NCBI GenBank assembly: GCA_963675745.2
Contig: CAXXWX010000023.1
Location: forward strand, 160,001 to 224,000
Direction of reading: 5' to 3'
Origin: Phycisphaerae bacterium
Lineage (GTDB): Bacteria; Planctomycetota; Phycisphaerae; UBA1845; Fen-1342
Length of the DNA: 64,000 nucleotides
Positions 25,843-34,771 of the stretch are shown in pieces. Position 1 is the first letter of the stretch. The number at the start of each line of letters is the position of its first letter. Below the pieces are notes generated by a model. It saw nothing but the letters and a program-made list of their open reading frames with translations, did not search any database and was not told where the DNA came from. The position numbers and the translations under genes were made by a program.

Positions 25843-26823
25843 CTATGCCCCCTCTCGCTCGGCGGGTCGCGCGGTTACCGGCTTTGTCGCGGCGTTGTGA
25901 GCCCCTTCATCCTCGACGGCTTCGATGAAGATGTCTTCGAGAGAAAACCTGTGCGGCGTGACCGACTCTATCAGGATCTGCCGGCCGCGGAGCAGGTCGA
26001 TCAACTCGTTGACCGCCTGCGCGTCGTGCCCGCGCACGACAATCGTATCACCGTCCAGCCGGGCACCGCTCTGCTCGATCTCCGCCCGGCAGGATTCCGG
26101 ATTGCCGGCCACGGTTATGTGATAACTCACGGTATGTTCGGTCAGATCGGCGATGCTACCCTGGCGAACCACCTCGCCGCGCACCAGGATGGCAACGCGG
26201 TCACAGATCAGTTCCAGCTCGCTGAGCAGGTGCGAGTTAATAAAGACGGTCTTGCCGGCGGCTTTCAGTTCCGCCAGCATTTCGCGCACCGAACGGCGGC
26301 CGAGCGGATCAAGTCCGTCCGTGGGCTCATCAAGGAACACGAGCTGCGGGTCGTTCATCAATGCCTGGGCGATACCCAGCCGTTGCAGCATACCCTTGGA
26401 GTATTTGCCCACGCGCGTGCGCGACCAATCCGCCATGCCCACGCGGTCAAGCAGCTCACCCGCCCGTCGCTTGCGATCGCGGCGACCCACCTTTGCCAGG
26501 GCCGCGTGAAATTCGAGAACCTGACGGCCGCGCAGATGGGACGGGAAGCGGGGATTCTCGGGCAAATAACCGACCTGCCGCAGCGTGGGCCGATGGCCGA
26601 CGTGCCGGCCGAGGAGTTCACCATCAGCCCGATCCGCACGCACGATGGTCAGCAGAATCTTGACCAGCGTGCTCTTGCCAGCTCCGTTGGGCCCCAGCAG
26701 GCCGAAGATCTCGCCGCGCCCGACGCGCAGATCCACGCCGCGCAAGGCGCGCACCTTGCGGCCGTAGGTCTTGCGCACGTCGTGAATATCCACGGCCAGA
26801 GGTGCTGATGTCGGCTGCTGCAT
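25843..26823 (-). CDS. ABC transporter ATP-binding protein
   Basis: GPNGAGKS, YSKGMLQRLG, FLDEPTDGLD, NSH. Confidence 0.95.
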   Translation of the reverse strand: MQQPTSAPLAVDIHDVRKTYGRKVRALRGVDLRVGRGEIFGLLGPNGAGKSTLVKILLTIVRADRADGELLGRHVGHRPTLRQVGYLPENPRFPSHLRGRQVLEFHAALAKVGRRDRKRRAGELLDRVGMADWSRTRVGKYSKGMLQRLGIAQALMNDPQLVFLDEPTDGLDPLGRRSVREMLAELKAAGKTVFINSHLLSELELICDRVAILVRGEVVRQGSIADLTEHTVSYHITVAGNPESCRAEIEQSGARLDGDTIVVRGHDAQAVNELIDLLRGRQILIESVTPHRFSLEDIFIEAVEDEGAHNAATKPVTARPAEREGA

Positions 26824-26986
26824 GCGCTTGTCCGCGGGAGCTCCGATTGATCAGGGTATTCCGAGCGAAGGACTCGTATGGCGGTATATTAGCCGTGAAG
26901 GCGCCGGGCAGCCATATCAACACCACGCGGGTGCCAGCTACGGCCCGGCGCCGTTTCCAGTTCGCTTGTGTCGCGCGTTTGGCACT

Positions 26987-27066
26987 GTAGCGGCCTGCGC
27001 CTCGCAGGCCGTCGTTATGACGGGACGTTTCCGATATCAGGCGGCCGGCGAGGCGCCGGCCGTTAC
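26987..27066. repeat. REPIN (GTAG/GTAA REP doublet)
   Basis: GTAG-CGGCCTGCG-cct-CGCAGGCCG, 30-nt spacer, CGGCCGGCG-agg-CGCCGGCCG-TTAC. Confidence 0.75.
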
Positions 27067-27140
27067 ATTCTGCGCCGAAGCCTGGCGCGAAACATGAGAC
27101 ACCTCCAGCGGAAATGGCATTCGCGCTCTATAATCGCGCC

Positions 27141-27680
27141 ATGGAGTCGGAACTCAGCCGCATACTGTTCACCCCCGAGCAGATTCGGTCGCGCATCAGA
27201 GACCTGGCGCGCGAGATCGAAACGGCTTACCCGGACCTCGATGCGGGGCTGACGTTGCTCCCGATTCTGTCGGGCTCCATCATCTTCCTGGCAGATCTGA
27301 TCCGCGAATTGCCACTGAAAATGAAGATCGCGATGGTGCAACTGTCCGCGTATCCGGGAGCAACGACGATAGCGCGTGAGCCGAAGATCGTGATGGACAT
27401 TCAGGGCGAGATAGCCGGGCGGCACGTGCTGATTGTGGATGACATTCTCGATAGTGGCAGAACGCTGCGACGTGTCAGGCAACTGGTTGACGAACACGAG
27501 CCGGCCAGTGTGCGAACCGCCGTGCTGCTCCAGAAACCCGCCAGGAAACCGCCCGATCTCAGCGCTGACTTCGTGGGGTTCGATTGCGAGGATCTGTTTG
27601 TGGTCGGCTACGGGCTGGATTACGATGACCACTACCGCAACTTGCCCTGTATTGGCGTGCTCAGGCCGGAGTGCATGTGA
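27141..27680 (+). CDS. hpt: Hypoxanthine phosphoribosyltransferase
   Basis: ILSGSIIFLADL, VLIVDDILDSGRT (PRPP loop), FVVGYGLDY..YRNLP. Confidence 0.93.
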   Translation: MESELSRILFTPEQIRSRIRDLAREIETAYPDLDAGLTLLPILSGSIIFLADLIRELPLKMKIAMVQLSAYPGATTIAREPKIVMDIQGEIAGRHVLIVDDILDSGRTLRRVRQLVDEHEPASVRTAVLLQKPARKPPDLSADFVGFDCEDLFVVGYGLDYDDHYRNLPCIGVLRPECM

Positions 27681-28243
27681 TGCCCGAGAGCGGCACAGTC
27701 AAGACGGCACCGCTCGAGGTGGCCCCGGCGGCGACCCCGACGGCAGCCTCGCCGGCCGAGGTGCTGCGCGACGATGAGATTATCGAGCTGTCGATAAAGC
27801 CCTCGCACTGGTACATCCTGTACAAATCCGTCCGCACCGTGCTGGCCATGGCCTTGTTGGCCGCGGGTGTGGCGATCATCGTGCGCGGCGATTGGGGTTG
27901 GGGCGCGCTGCTGGCTATTCAGGCGACTACCGCAATCGCGCTGATACGCATCGCCCTCGCAACGCTGCAATGGGCCAGCCGGCTGTACGTCCTCACCAAC
28001 CGGCGCGTCATGTGTTTCGAGGGTGTGCTGGAAGTGACCCGCCACGAGTGCCCGCTTGACAAAATCAGCGCGGCCGAACTGCACATCATGTGGTACCAGA
28101 GCCCGCTGCGGCTCGGCTCTATTTACGTGGAACCCGCGGCCAAGCCACACGCCACAGTGGCCTGGAAGCATGTCAAGACGCCGCGGGAGGTGCATGAGCG
28201 CCTCTTGCGCGCGATTCGCCACGCCCAGTCCGGCCGCTCGTAG
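27680..28243 (+). CDS. Bacterial PH-domain (bPH_2-like) membrane protein
   Basis: TGATG coupling to hpt, two TM helices, YVLTNRRV..GVL motif. Confidence 0.75.
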   Translation: MPESGTVKTAPLEVAPAATPTAASPAEVLRDDEIIELSIKPSHWYILYKSVRTVLAMALLAAGVAIIVRGDWGWGALLAIQATTAIALIRIALATLQWASRLYVLTNRRVMCFEGVLEVTRHECPLDKISAAELHIMWYQSPLRLGSIYVEPAAKPHATVAWKHVKTPREVHERLLRAIRHAQSGRS

Positions 28244-28277
28244 CCGCCGCGCCCCCGCCCACCCGACAGTTCGCTCA

Positions 28278-29468
28278 TCACGGCCCCACCGGCCGCGCGC
28301 CGCGTTGCCCCGGACGGATCAGGCGCGCCGCCGCCCAACAGACGTGGTCAGCCAGGTCGAGTTCCTCACCAAAGCCGACTTCCAGAGTGAGCTCCGCGAC
28401 TCCGCTGACGGTGACCGCGACGTCGCGCGGCGGCTCGCCACCGGTGACCTCTTGCGCCTGCCACAGCACGCGGCCATCGCCGATCACGCGCAGCGCCACG
28501 TTTCCTTTACCGTCTGTCTCGTCGAGAATCCCGACGCGCGCGACGAATCGCTCGAATTCTCCGTCCAGGCGATATGTGATTTTGGCGTGGCTGTGCAGGC
28601 AGATGCCACGCGCGCAGGCCATTCCGCCGAGCCGGATCGGCCGGCCCCGCAGTGTCTGGTCAACGGCATATCCCCAGCGTTTGCCGAACAGCGGCTGGAA
28701 TTCGTAGCGCTGGGGCTCAAGCTCGGACAGGTATACCACGCGCGGGCTGCGGGAGCTGATCCGCCGTACGCGCTGCAATGGAAACGCGAGCGGGCCCAGC
28801 GTCGCGGACTTGAGAGCAAGCGTGTCAGGTGCGCCGTCGACGATCTCGCCGGCGAAGACATCGCCACTGCGCGTTTCGACCGTGTGTAACGGCGTGAGCA
28901 GCTCTTTGCGCGCGAACGTCACGTTCACCAACCCCGACCAGGGCAGATTGAGCTCGCGCTTCCTCCAGGCGAATTCGACGCCGTCCCGCGTGACGGCGGT
29001 AACCGTGCCGCGCAGCGTCAACCTCTCGCCGTCCTTGGTAATTGTGACCGCGTCTTGCGATTCGTCGCCGGCCGCGGCGCTTTCAGGGGCTTTGTCGCCC
29101 GGCGCGGGCGAAGTCGCGGTATCAATAGCGAGCAGTTCTTGTGGGTCGATGGTGACCGCGATTCCGCCGTCGAGCAGCAGCCCCAAACGCTCGTCACTGC
29201 CGCGCTGCGGCGTGGCGGCGAACCGCGCGCCATCGATGAGTGTTATGCGCAGCGGCGGCGAAGGCTGCGTCGCCGGCGCGTCGCCGGAAACGTGAAACTC
29301 AACGTCGGCGATCTCGTCCCAGTTGAAGACCAGCGCGCCGGCTTTTGCTTCGGCCTTTATCACGCTGCCGAGGGAGATCAGCCGGGCCTCAACCCGTGTC
29401 CCATCCAGCCGCGTGACGGTTATCTCCAAAGCCGCCGCACTGACCGCGGCAAGGCCGATCAGCAGCAT
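28278..29468 (-). CDS. Secreted NPCBM/NEW2-domain protein
   Basis: Signal peptide; C-terminal YLSEL..RGICLHS..ITYRLDG..F.ARVGI..DGRVL..LTLEV..ADHVCWAAARL. Confidence 0.82.
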   Translation of the reverse strand: MLLIGLAAVSAAALEITVTRLDGTRVEARLISLGSVIKAEAKAGALVFNWDEIADVEFHVSGDAPATQPSPPLRITLIDGARFAATPQRGSDERLGLLLDGGIAVTIDPQELLAIDTATSPAPGDKAPESAAAGDESQDAVTITKDGERLTLRGTVTAVTRDGVEFAWRKRELNLPWSGLVNVTFARKELLTPLHTVETRSGDVFAGEIVDGAPDTLALKSATLGPLAFPLQRVRRISSRSPRVVYLSELEPQRYEFQPLFGKRWGYAVDQTLRGRPIRLGGMACARGICLHSHAKITYRLDGEFERFVARVGILDETDGKGNVALRVIGDGRVLWQAQEVTGGEPPRDVAVTVSGVAELTLEVGFGEELDLADHVCWAAARLIRPGQRGARPVGP

Positions 29469-29522
29469 GGACAAAGCGCGACTTGCTCGCGCGGCGCGTT
29501 TCGCGGCGTTGCGGGTGATGGG

Positions 29523-30611
29523 CTACTCCTCCTCTTCGGTCAACGTACGGAAATACTGCTCGACGAGGTGGCGATAGCGTGACGGAAAACGCTGACGCAA
29601 TGACTGGAGGATTCGCTCGCGTTCGGCCGGCGGTAGTTGGCCCCATGCCTGCCCGGGCGTCGAGTCCCATGCCGCGCGCGTGCTCCCGCGGCCGTCCGCT
29701 CCTTCACTTGCCGCCGACTCACTCGCCGGCGCCCCCGGCTCGTTCGCCGCTGACTCGCCCGTGTCCGGCGCGGCCGCGGCGGAGCTCTCGGATCGGGACG
29801 GCTGTTGCTGCTGTTGCTCGGCGCGCGCGATCAGTGCATCGAGCACAGCGACGATACGCTGTTGCCGCGTGCGCGTCTCAGGGCTCGCGGCGCCCCGGGC
29901 CAGCTCGTCGGCGACGCCCTCCATCAGAATGGCCATCTCATCGAGACGATCGAGCCCGCGCTGTTGAATATCGCTGAGCAGTCGCGCAACACTGCCGCGC
30001 CAGGCATCCGAAGCATCGGGATACCTGGCACTCATCTCCCGCAGACTCACGACGGCGGCATGATAGCGTCCGTCGCGCGCGTCCAGAAAACTGCGCACCA
30101 GGTGTAACTGCGGTGCGAACGGTGTGCGCGCGTCGAGATCGAGCCACGTCGCCCCGCCCCCGGTGAGCACCGCGCCGGCGGCATCAACCTGCCCATCACG
30201 CATCAGCGCAAGCGTGTGCAAGTACAGCACATTCGCCGCCAGATATGCGTCGCGGCTCGTATCCAAATCGGAGAAGAGCTCGGCGGCGGTCGCGAAATCG
30301 CCGGCGTCAATCGCCTGTTTCGCCTGCCCAAAACGCGGATAGAGCAGCGCCAGGGCTTCCGGCACGTTCATCTCAACGCGCTCGGCCAGGTCTCCATCAG
30401 TCCAGCGCTGGCGAATCGTCGCCGTGATCTGCTCATCGGCTCCCATCGAATCGAGATGCGCCAGGAAGCCGCGGTTCAAAGCCGCGATGCGCGGACCGGC
30501 GGCCGGCGGTTCGGCAACACCGAGCGCGGCGAACACCCCGACCGCCACCAGCAAGCCGGCGCGTGCGGCGATGGCAGTGTCGCCTGTCAACGTGTGATGC
30601 CGCCAACACAT
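29523..30611 (-). CDS. Secreted TPR-like protein with conserved C-terminal WG.LP..ER..YF motif
   Basis: Helical TPR-like region, low-complexity linker, WGQLPPAERERILQSLRQRFPSRYRHLVEQYF. Start uncertain. Confidence 0.72.
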   Translation of the reverse strand: MCWRHHTLTGDTAIAARAGLLVAVGVFAALGVAEPPAAGPRIAALNRGFLAHLDSMGADEQITATIRQRWTDGDLAERVEMNVPEALALLYPRFGQAKQAIDAGDFATAAELFSDLDTSRDAYLAANVLYLHTLALMRDGQVDAAGAVLTGGGATWLDLDARTPFAPQLHLVRSFLDARDGRYHAAVVSLREMSARYPDASDAWRGSVARLLSDIQQRGLDRLDEMAILMEGVADELARGAASPETRTRQQRIVAVLDALIARAEQQQQQPSRSESSAAAAPDTGESAANEPGAPASESAASEGADGRGSTRAAWDSTPGQAWGQLPPAERERILQSLRQRFPSRYRHLVEQYFRTLTEEEE

Positions 30612-30614
30612 GCG

Positions 30615-32042
30615 CTAGTTCCTCTCGATCATGGCGCGCGTCAGTTCGGCCAGTTCGCGCTGCCGCCGGCTGAGGGCCTCGAGCTCGGCCGGTGCATCCG
30701 CCGGCTGTTCGGCCAGTGCCGTGGTTCGCTCATTGATGCGCACCTGTGCGCCGCGCAAGAGGCGCAATTCCGCCGAGTTCGGCAGCAACGGCGGCGTCTG
30801 CTGTCGGCCACTTTCGCTGGTTTCTTGTGGCGCCGCCTCCGTCTGCGGCGGATTGCGACGCCGCGTTTGTACCGATGCGAGCACTGATTCGAGCTGCGCG
30901 ACAATGTCCGCGACCAGACGCCGGGTCGCCGCGCTTGTGTCGGCGTCGTGCAGGCGCTGGGCGGCGGCGTGCGCGTCACGGGCGATTTGCCCTACCATCA
31001 CGGGCAGCACGCGCGTCGAGCCATCGTCGCGCAACAGGCCGGCTACGTGCTCGGCATCATCCGCGACTCCTGATTGCGTTGTGGCCGCGGTCGCCAGTCG
31101 TGCGGCCGACGTCTGATCCCATTCACCCTCGCGCGCGGCCAATTCCTCAACCACCGTACGCACCTGCCGCTCGCGTGCCAACAGGTTTTCAAGCCCCTCG
31201 ATCACCTCGGTGAGCAGTTGCTCACGCTGTTCGCGTTCCAGCCGCGCCAGGGCATCTTCCAATTCACGCGCGGCGCGCTCCAGCTCGGCCAGCGCCACCT
31301 CCTGGCGCTCGTGGGCGTCCGCGGGTTGATTATCCGCCAACTGCTCGGCGGCCTGCCGCATGTGCTCGGCGGCCTCACCGACCGCATCGGAGCCCGGTTT
31401 GGCCACTTCGCCATCCGAGTCCATCGCCTGGTGCAACGAATCGGCCTTCTTGTGCGTCTGTTCCTGGGCGCGGGCTAGGTCGCCAAACTCGACTTCGCCG
31501 GCGGCAATGCGCCGGTCAAGCTCGTCGCGGCCGCCGCGCTGCTCGTCAATTAGCGTTTGCAGATCGCCGAGCAACTCGCCAAGTTCCGCCTGTCTGTCCT
31601 CCAGCGCCTGGAGTCGCGATTCGGGCTCGTTCAGAATCGCCAGCATCGCTTGCAGATCCGCCAGCACGCGCTGCTGCGTTTGGTCGGCTTCGTCAAAACG
31701 CTGCTGGTCCAGTCGCGCGACCGCGTCATCAACCAACTGACGGATTTGGCGCCGGCCGGCGTGATCGAGTGCATCGGTCAGCCGCGCGGCTTGCTCGGGC
31801 TCGCGCTCGGCCAGCAACTGCGCCAGCGCCAGCAGCCGATCCTCGAGCCGCCGCAGCCGGTCGCGTATGTCCGCCTGGCGCACGACGAGCGGCTCTGAGG
31901 GTATCGACGTTTCAACACTCCCTGGATCATCGGCGCGCCCGGCATTTTGCGCGAACGCCGTGCCCGCTACGCCCAACGCCGCCGCCAGCATCAGCGGCGG
32001 GACGAATCGACAAATCAGGATGTATCCAAACCACCTGCGCAT
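30615..32042 (-). CDS. Secreted coiled-coil protein (DUF4175-like)
   Basis: Signal peptide, long Q/E/L/A-rich heptads, PPLLPNSAELRLLR..Q..IN motif; 3-nt gap to the next gene. Confidence 0.72.
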   Translation of the reverse strand: MRRWFGYILICRFVPPLMLAAALGVAGTAFAQNAGRADDPGSVETSIPSEPLVVRQADIRDRLRRLEDRLLALAQLLAEREPEQAARLTDALDHAGRRQIRQLVDDAVARLDQQRFDEADQTQQRVLADLQAMLAILNEPESRLQALEDRQAELGELLGDLQTLIDEQRGGRDELDRRIAAGEVEFGDLARAQEQTHKKADSLHQAMDSDGEVAKPGSDAVGEAAEHMRQAAEQLADNQPADAHERQEVALAELERAARELEDALARLEREQREQLLTEVIEGLENLLARERQVRTVVEELAAREGEWDQTSAARLATAATTQSGVADDAEHVAGLLRDDGSTRVLPVMVGQIARDAHAAAQRLHDADTSAATRRLVADIVAQLESVLASVQTRRRNPPQTEAAPQETSESGRQQTPPLLPNSAELRLLRGAQVRINERTTALAEQPADAPAELEALSRRQRELAELTRAMIERN

Positions 32043-32109
32043 GTTTCACCGGCATGTATTCTAACCCAAGTGGCAGGGGATGCCCGCGGCCCACGGGCGC
32101 CGGCGCGGA

Positions 32110-34500
32110 CTACTCGTGCGAATCGACGTTGCTGGTTTCAACCATGTAGTGGTTTGGCAGCGTGGATTCCTCGTCACTGGTTACCGGATAAGGGGCCAAC
32201 TGCAATTGCCGCCGGCGCATGGCGTTCGCAATCAGCACCAACCCGCCGGTCGCCAGTATTGCGCCCAGCGCGATGCAGGCCTCCATCAACCAGGGCTCAG
32301 TCAGGCAGAGCGCTCCGACCGTGACAAGCACCAGCGCGCCGAAGAACACGGAAACGCCAACCAGCGTGACGATACCCAGCGACGTCCGCGCCCTCGCGGG
32401 CACGAGCCCAACCAGCAGCGCTCCCAGCACACACCACAGTCCCACGCGCAACGGCAGCCACGGTCGTCGCAGGCGTGAGAATTCCTCGCTGGTCAGCAGC
32501 GCGTCAATCGCCATTGCCTGCACCTCGCACCCGTGGTATCTCGACCCGTCGTGCGCTTCGTACTCATCCGCTCCCGGCAGCAGTTGGCCGATCACGATCA
32601 CGCTCTTCTCAAACCACGCCCGGCGCTGCGCCGGGTCGGCCGCCAGCACCTGTTCGTAGCTCAGGCGGCGCTGGGGCGGGATGCGGTGCGCCGCGCCGCG
32701 CACGCGTCCGAGGAGGAAGGTATCACCGACCATCAGCAGCGAACGGCCCATGCCGAAGAATCCGCGCTTTGGCGGCTCATCCACGGCTACGACGTTGTGA
32801 ACGGGTATGCGGTCGATGTCGGGGCGCCAGCGATCTTCGCCTTCTCTTGCCGACCGGCGCTTGTAGCGCAGCTCGACCTCCTCGGCACTCGCCTGCAAAT
32901 AGACCTCCGAGTCGGGAAAACGGGCCGCGGCAAATGCCGCGACCGCCAGCGACGGCAGCCACGCCGGGTTCTTACCACGCTGCATGCATAACGACGAGTC
33001 CATCTCCTCCAGTGAGTGCAGCGGCCGCGGCGAGATAAGCACGCCAAAACTATGGGCGGCGGCGAGAATCTCCGGACAGATGCGCGGCTCTCCGTTGCCG
33101 TCAACATCATGCACACCGACCACTACCGGCGCCCTAAGCGCGCCCATGCCGCGGATCAACGCTTCATCGAATTGTGGCTGACAGTCAGGCGTATAAAAAT
33201 CCCACACGACGGCGCGCGGGCCAGCATCGGCCAGGGCTTCAAACAGGCGTCCGTGCAGGAGTCGCCAGCTCTTCGGCACATCCGGGTCGAAACCCTCAAT
33301 GTCCACGCCGATCCGGCCCGCGGTCACCTTTTCCAGGGTCTCCGTCGTCAGGCCGATCAACGTGGTGGCGCCCCCCGCGGCACCGGGCACAAACCATCGC
33401 GCCGCGATCGAGTGCAGCATGGTCGAAAGCAGCAGGGTCACTGTGAGGATAATGATCGCCCGAACCGCCACCGGCGCGTTGCGCAACGCCAGTGCCACCA
33501 GGCGCGCGGCACGATAGATGAGCGTGGTGTCTTCACGGCCCTCGATGGGCCGTCCCGCGAGGTAGTTGTCCAGGTCGCGCGCCAGGTCGGCAGTTGACTG
33601 ATAGCGCGACTCGGGCACCGGTTTCATGCAGCGCGCGATGATCGCCGCCAGGTCGTCCGGCCGAGCAATGCGACGCCGGCGCAGGACGCCTGCCAGGCGC
33701 GCCGTTCGATCAGCACGTTTGGCGGCGACTCCGGTGACGATATGGAACAGCAGCACACCCAGGCCATAGATATCCGCCCGCGCGTCGATGTCGCCTCCGT
33801 GCAGTTGCTCGGGCGCGATGTATCCGTAGGTGCCGATGGCCCCCTCGCGCGGCGATGCTTGCAGGTTGGGAAGCGGCTGGCCATCGACATCGAACCACTT
33901 GGCAATGCCGAAATCGACGATGCGCGGCTGGCCGTTGGTGTCGATCAGGATGTTCTGGGGCTTGAGATCGCGGTGGACCACCCCCTGCCCGTGCGCGTAG
34001 CCGATGGCTTCCACAACCGACTTAAAAATCGCCAGGCGTTGTTCAAGCGGGGTCTCGTGTTCGGCCAGGTAGGGATCGAGCTGTTGCCCCTCGACGAATT
34101 CCATCGTGTAGAAACAGGGCGTCGAACTGAGCTGGGCCTCGTAGAGCGTGGCGATATTGGGGTGCTGAAGTTTGGCGACCAGGTGGACTTCGTTCTGAAA
34201 ATACGCCGTCTTCAGTTTCGTGCGCTCTGAGAGAACCTTGAGCGCCTCGGTGCGTTCCTTGGTGTGCTGGATGGCGCGATAGACTTCACCGAATCCGCCG
34301 CGACCGATGCGCTCGATGATCGTGTAGTTGCGGAAGCGCGGGAACCAGTCAGCCGTCTGCTTGCGGAACACCGACCGGCAGGCTTCACAGCGCTCCAGGT
34401 GGATCTGGGCGGCCCGCTTTTCGTCGCCCTCCAGCCGCTCGCTGCCAAGGGCCAGCGTGCTCTCGCGGTGGGGACAAGGCTGGGTGACGCGAGTGGGCAA
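32110..34500 (-). CDS. Ser/Thr kinase with N-terminal zf-HC2-like finger and C-terminal CHASE2-like sensor
   Basis: HLERCEAC, GRGGFGEV, HRDLKPQN, DFGIAK, GTYGYIAPE, TM, WRLLHGRL..AGPRAVVWDF..SLAV..VIVIG..HGCEVQA, then 3 TMs. TTG start. Confidence 0.85.
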   Translation of the reverse strand: MPTRVTQPCPHRESTLALGSERLEGDEKRAAQIHLERCEACRSVFRKQTADWFPRFRNYTIIERIGRGGFGEVYRAIQHTKERTEALKVLSERTKLKTAYFQNEVHLVAKLQHPNIATLYEAQLSSTPCFYTMEFVEGQQLDPYLAEHETPLEQRLAIFKSVVEAIGYAHGQGVVHRDLKPQNILIDTNGQPRIVDFGIAKWFDVDGQPLPNLQASPREGAIGTYGYIAPEQLHGGDIDARADIYGLGVLLFHIVTGVAAKRADRTARLAGVLRRRRIARPDDLAAIIARCMKPVPESRYQSTADLARDLDNYLAGRPIEGREDTTLIYRAARLVALALRNAPVAVRAIIILTVTLLLSTMLHSIAARWFVPGAAGGATTLIGLTTETLEKVTAGRIGVDIEGFDPDVPKSWRLLHGRLFEALADAGPRAVVWDFYTPDCQPQFDEALIRGMGALRAPVVVGVHDVDGNGEPRICPEILAAAHSFGVLISPRPLHSLEEMDSSLCMQRGKNPAWLPSLAVAAFAAARFPDSEVYLQASAEEVELRYKRRSAREGEDRWRPDIDRIPVHNVVAVDEPPKRGFFGMGRSLLMVGDTFLLGRVRGAAHRIPPQRRLSYEQVLAADPAQRRAWFEKSVIVIGQLLPGADEYEAHDGSRYHGCEVQAMAIDALLTSEEFSRLRRPWLPLRVGLWCVLGALLVGLVPARARTSLGIVTLVGVSVFFGALVLVTVGALCLTEPWLMEACIALGAILATGGLVLIANAMRRRQLQLAPYPVTSDEESTLPNHYMVETSNVDSHE

Positions 34501-34771
34501 TCGTGCACCTGCCGTAGCGATGTGTCATTCGGTTGGCGCCGCCCGAGTTTCGGCCGGCGTCCCGGCGCTGTCACTCTGAGCCGCGTGGCACTGAGCGCTG
34601 CCGGATACGTTTACACAGGCACGTCTGGCAAATCATAGCCCTCGGCCGCGCGAAGCAAAAGCCCATGCCCACCGCGCATCGCTGTGAAAGGCGACGGAGA
34701 CACGGACTGAGGCGCACTCGGACACCTGCGAGCCGAGCCGCTGGTGTATTAGTGAGCAATCCCGCAGAATA

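Noticed and set aside
25000..26808. 602-aa plus-strand ORF, and similar long antisense ORFs at 34571-36283, 39164-40669, 56410-57768 and 8929-9993
   Set aside because: They lie antisense to well-supported genes, have no recognisable motifs, and are the expected shadow ORFs of high-GC codon usage
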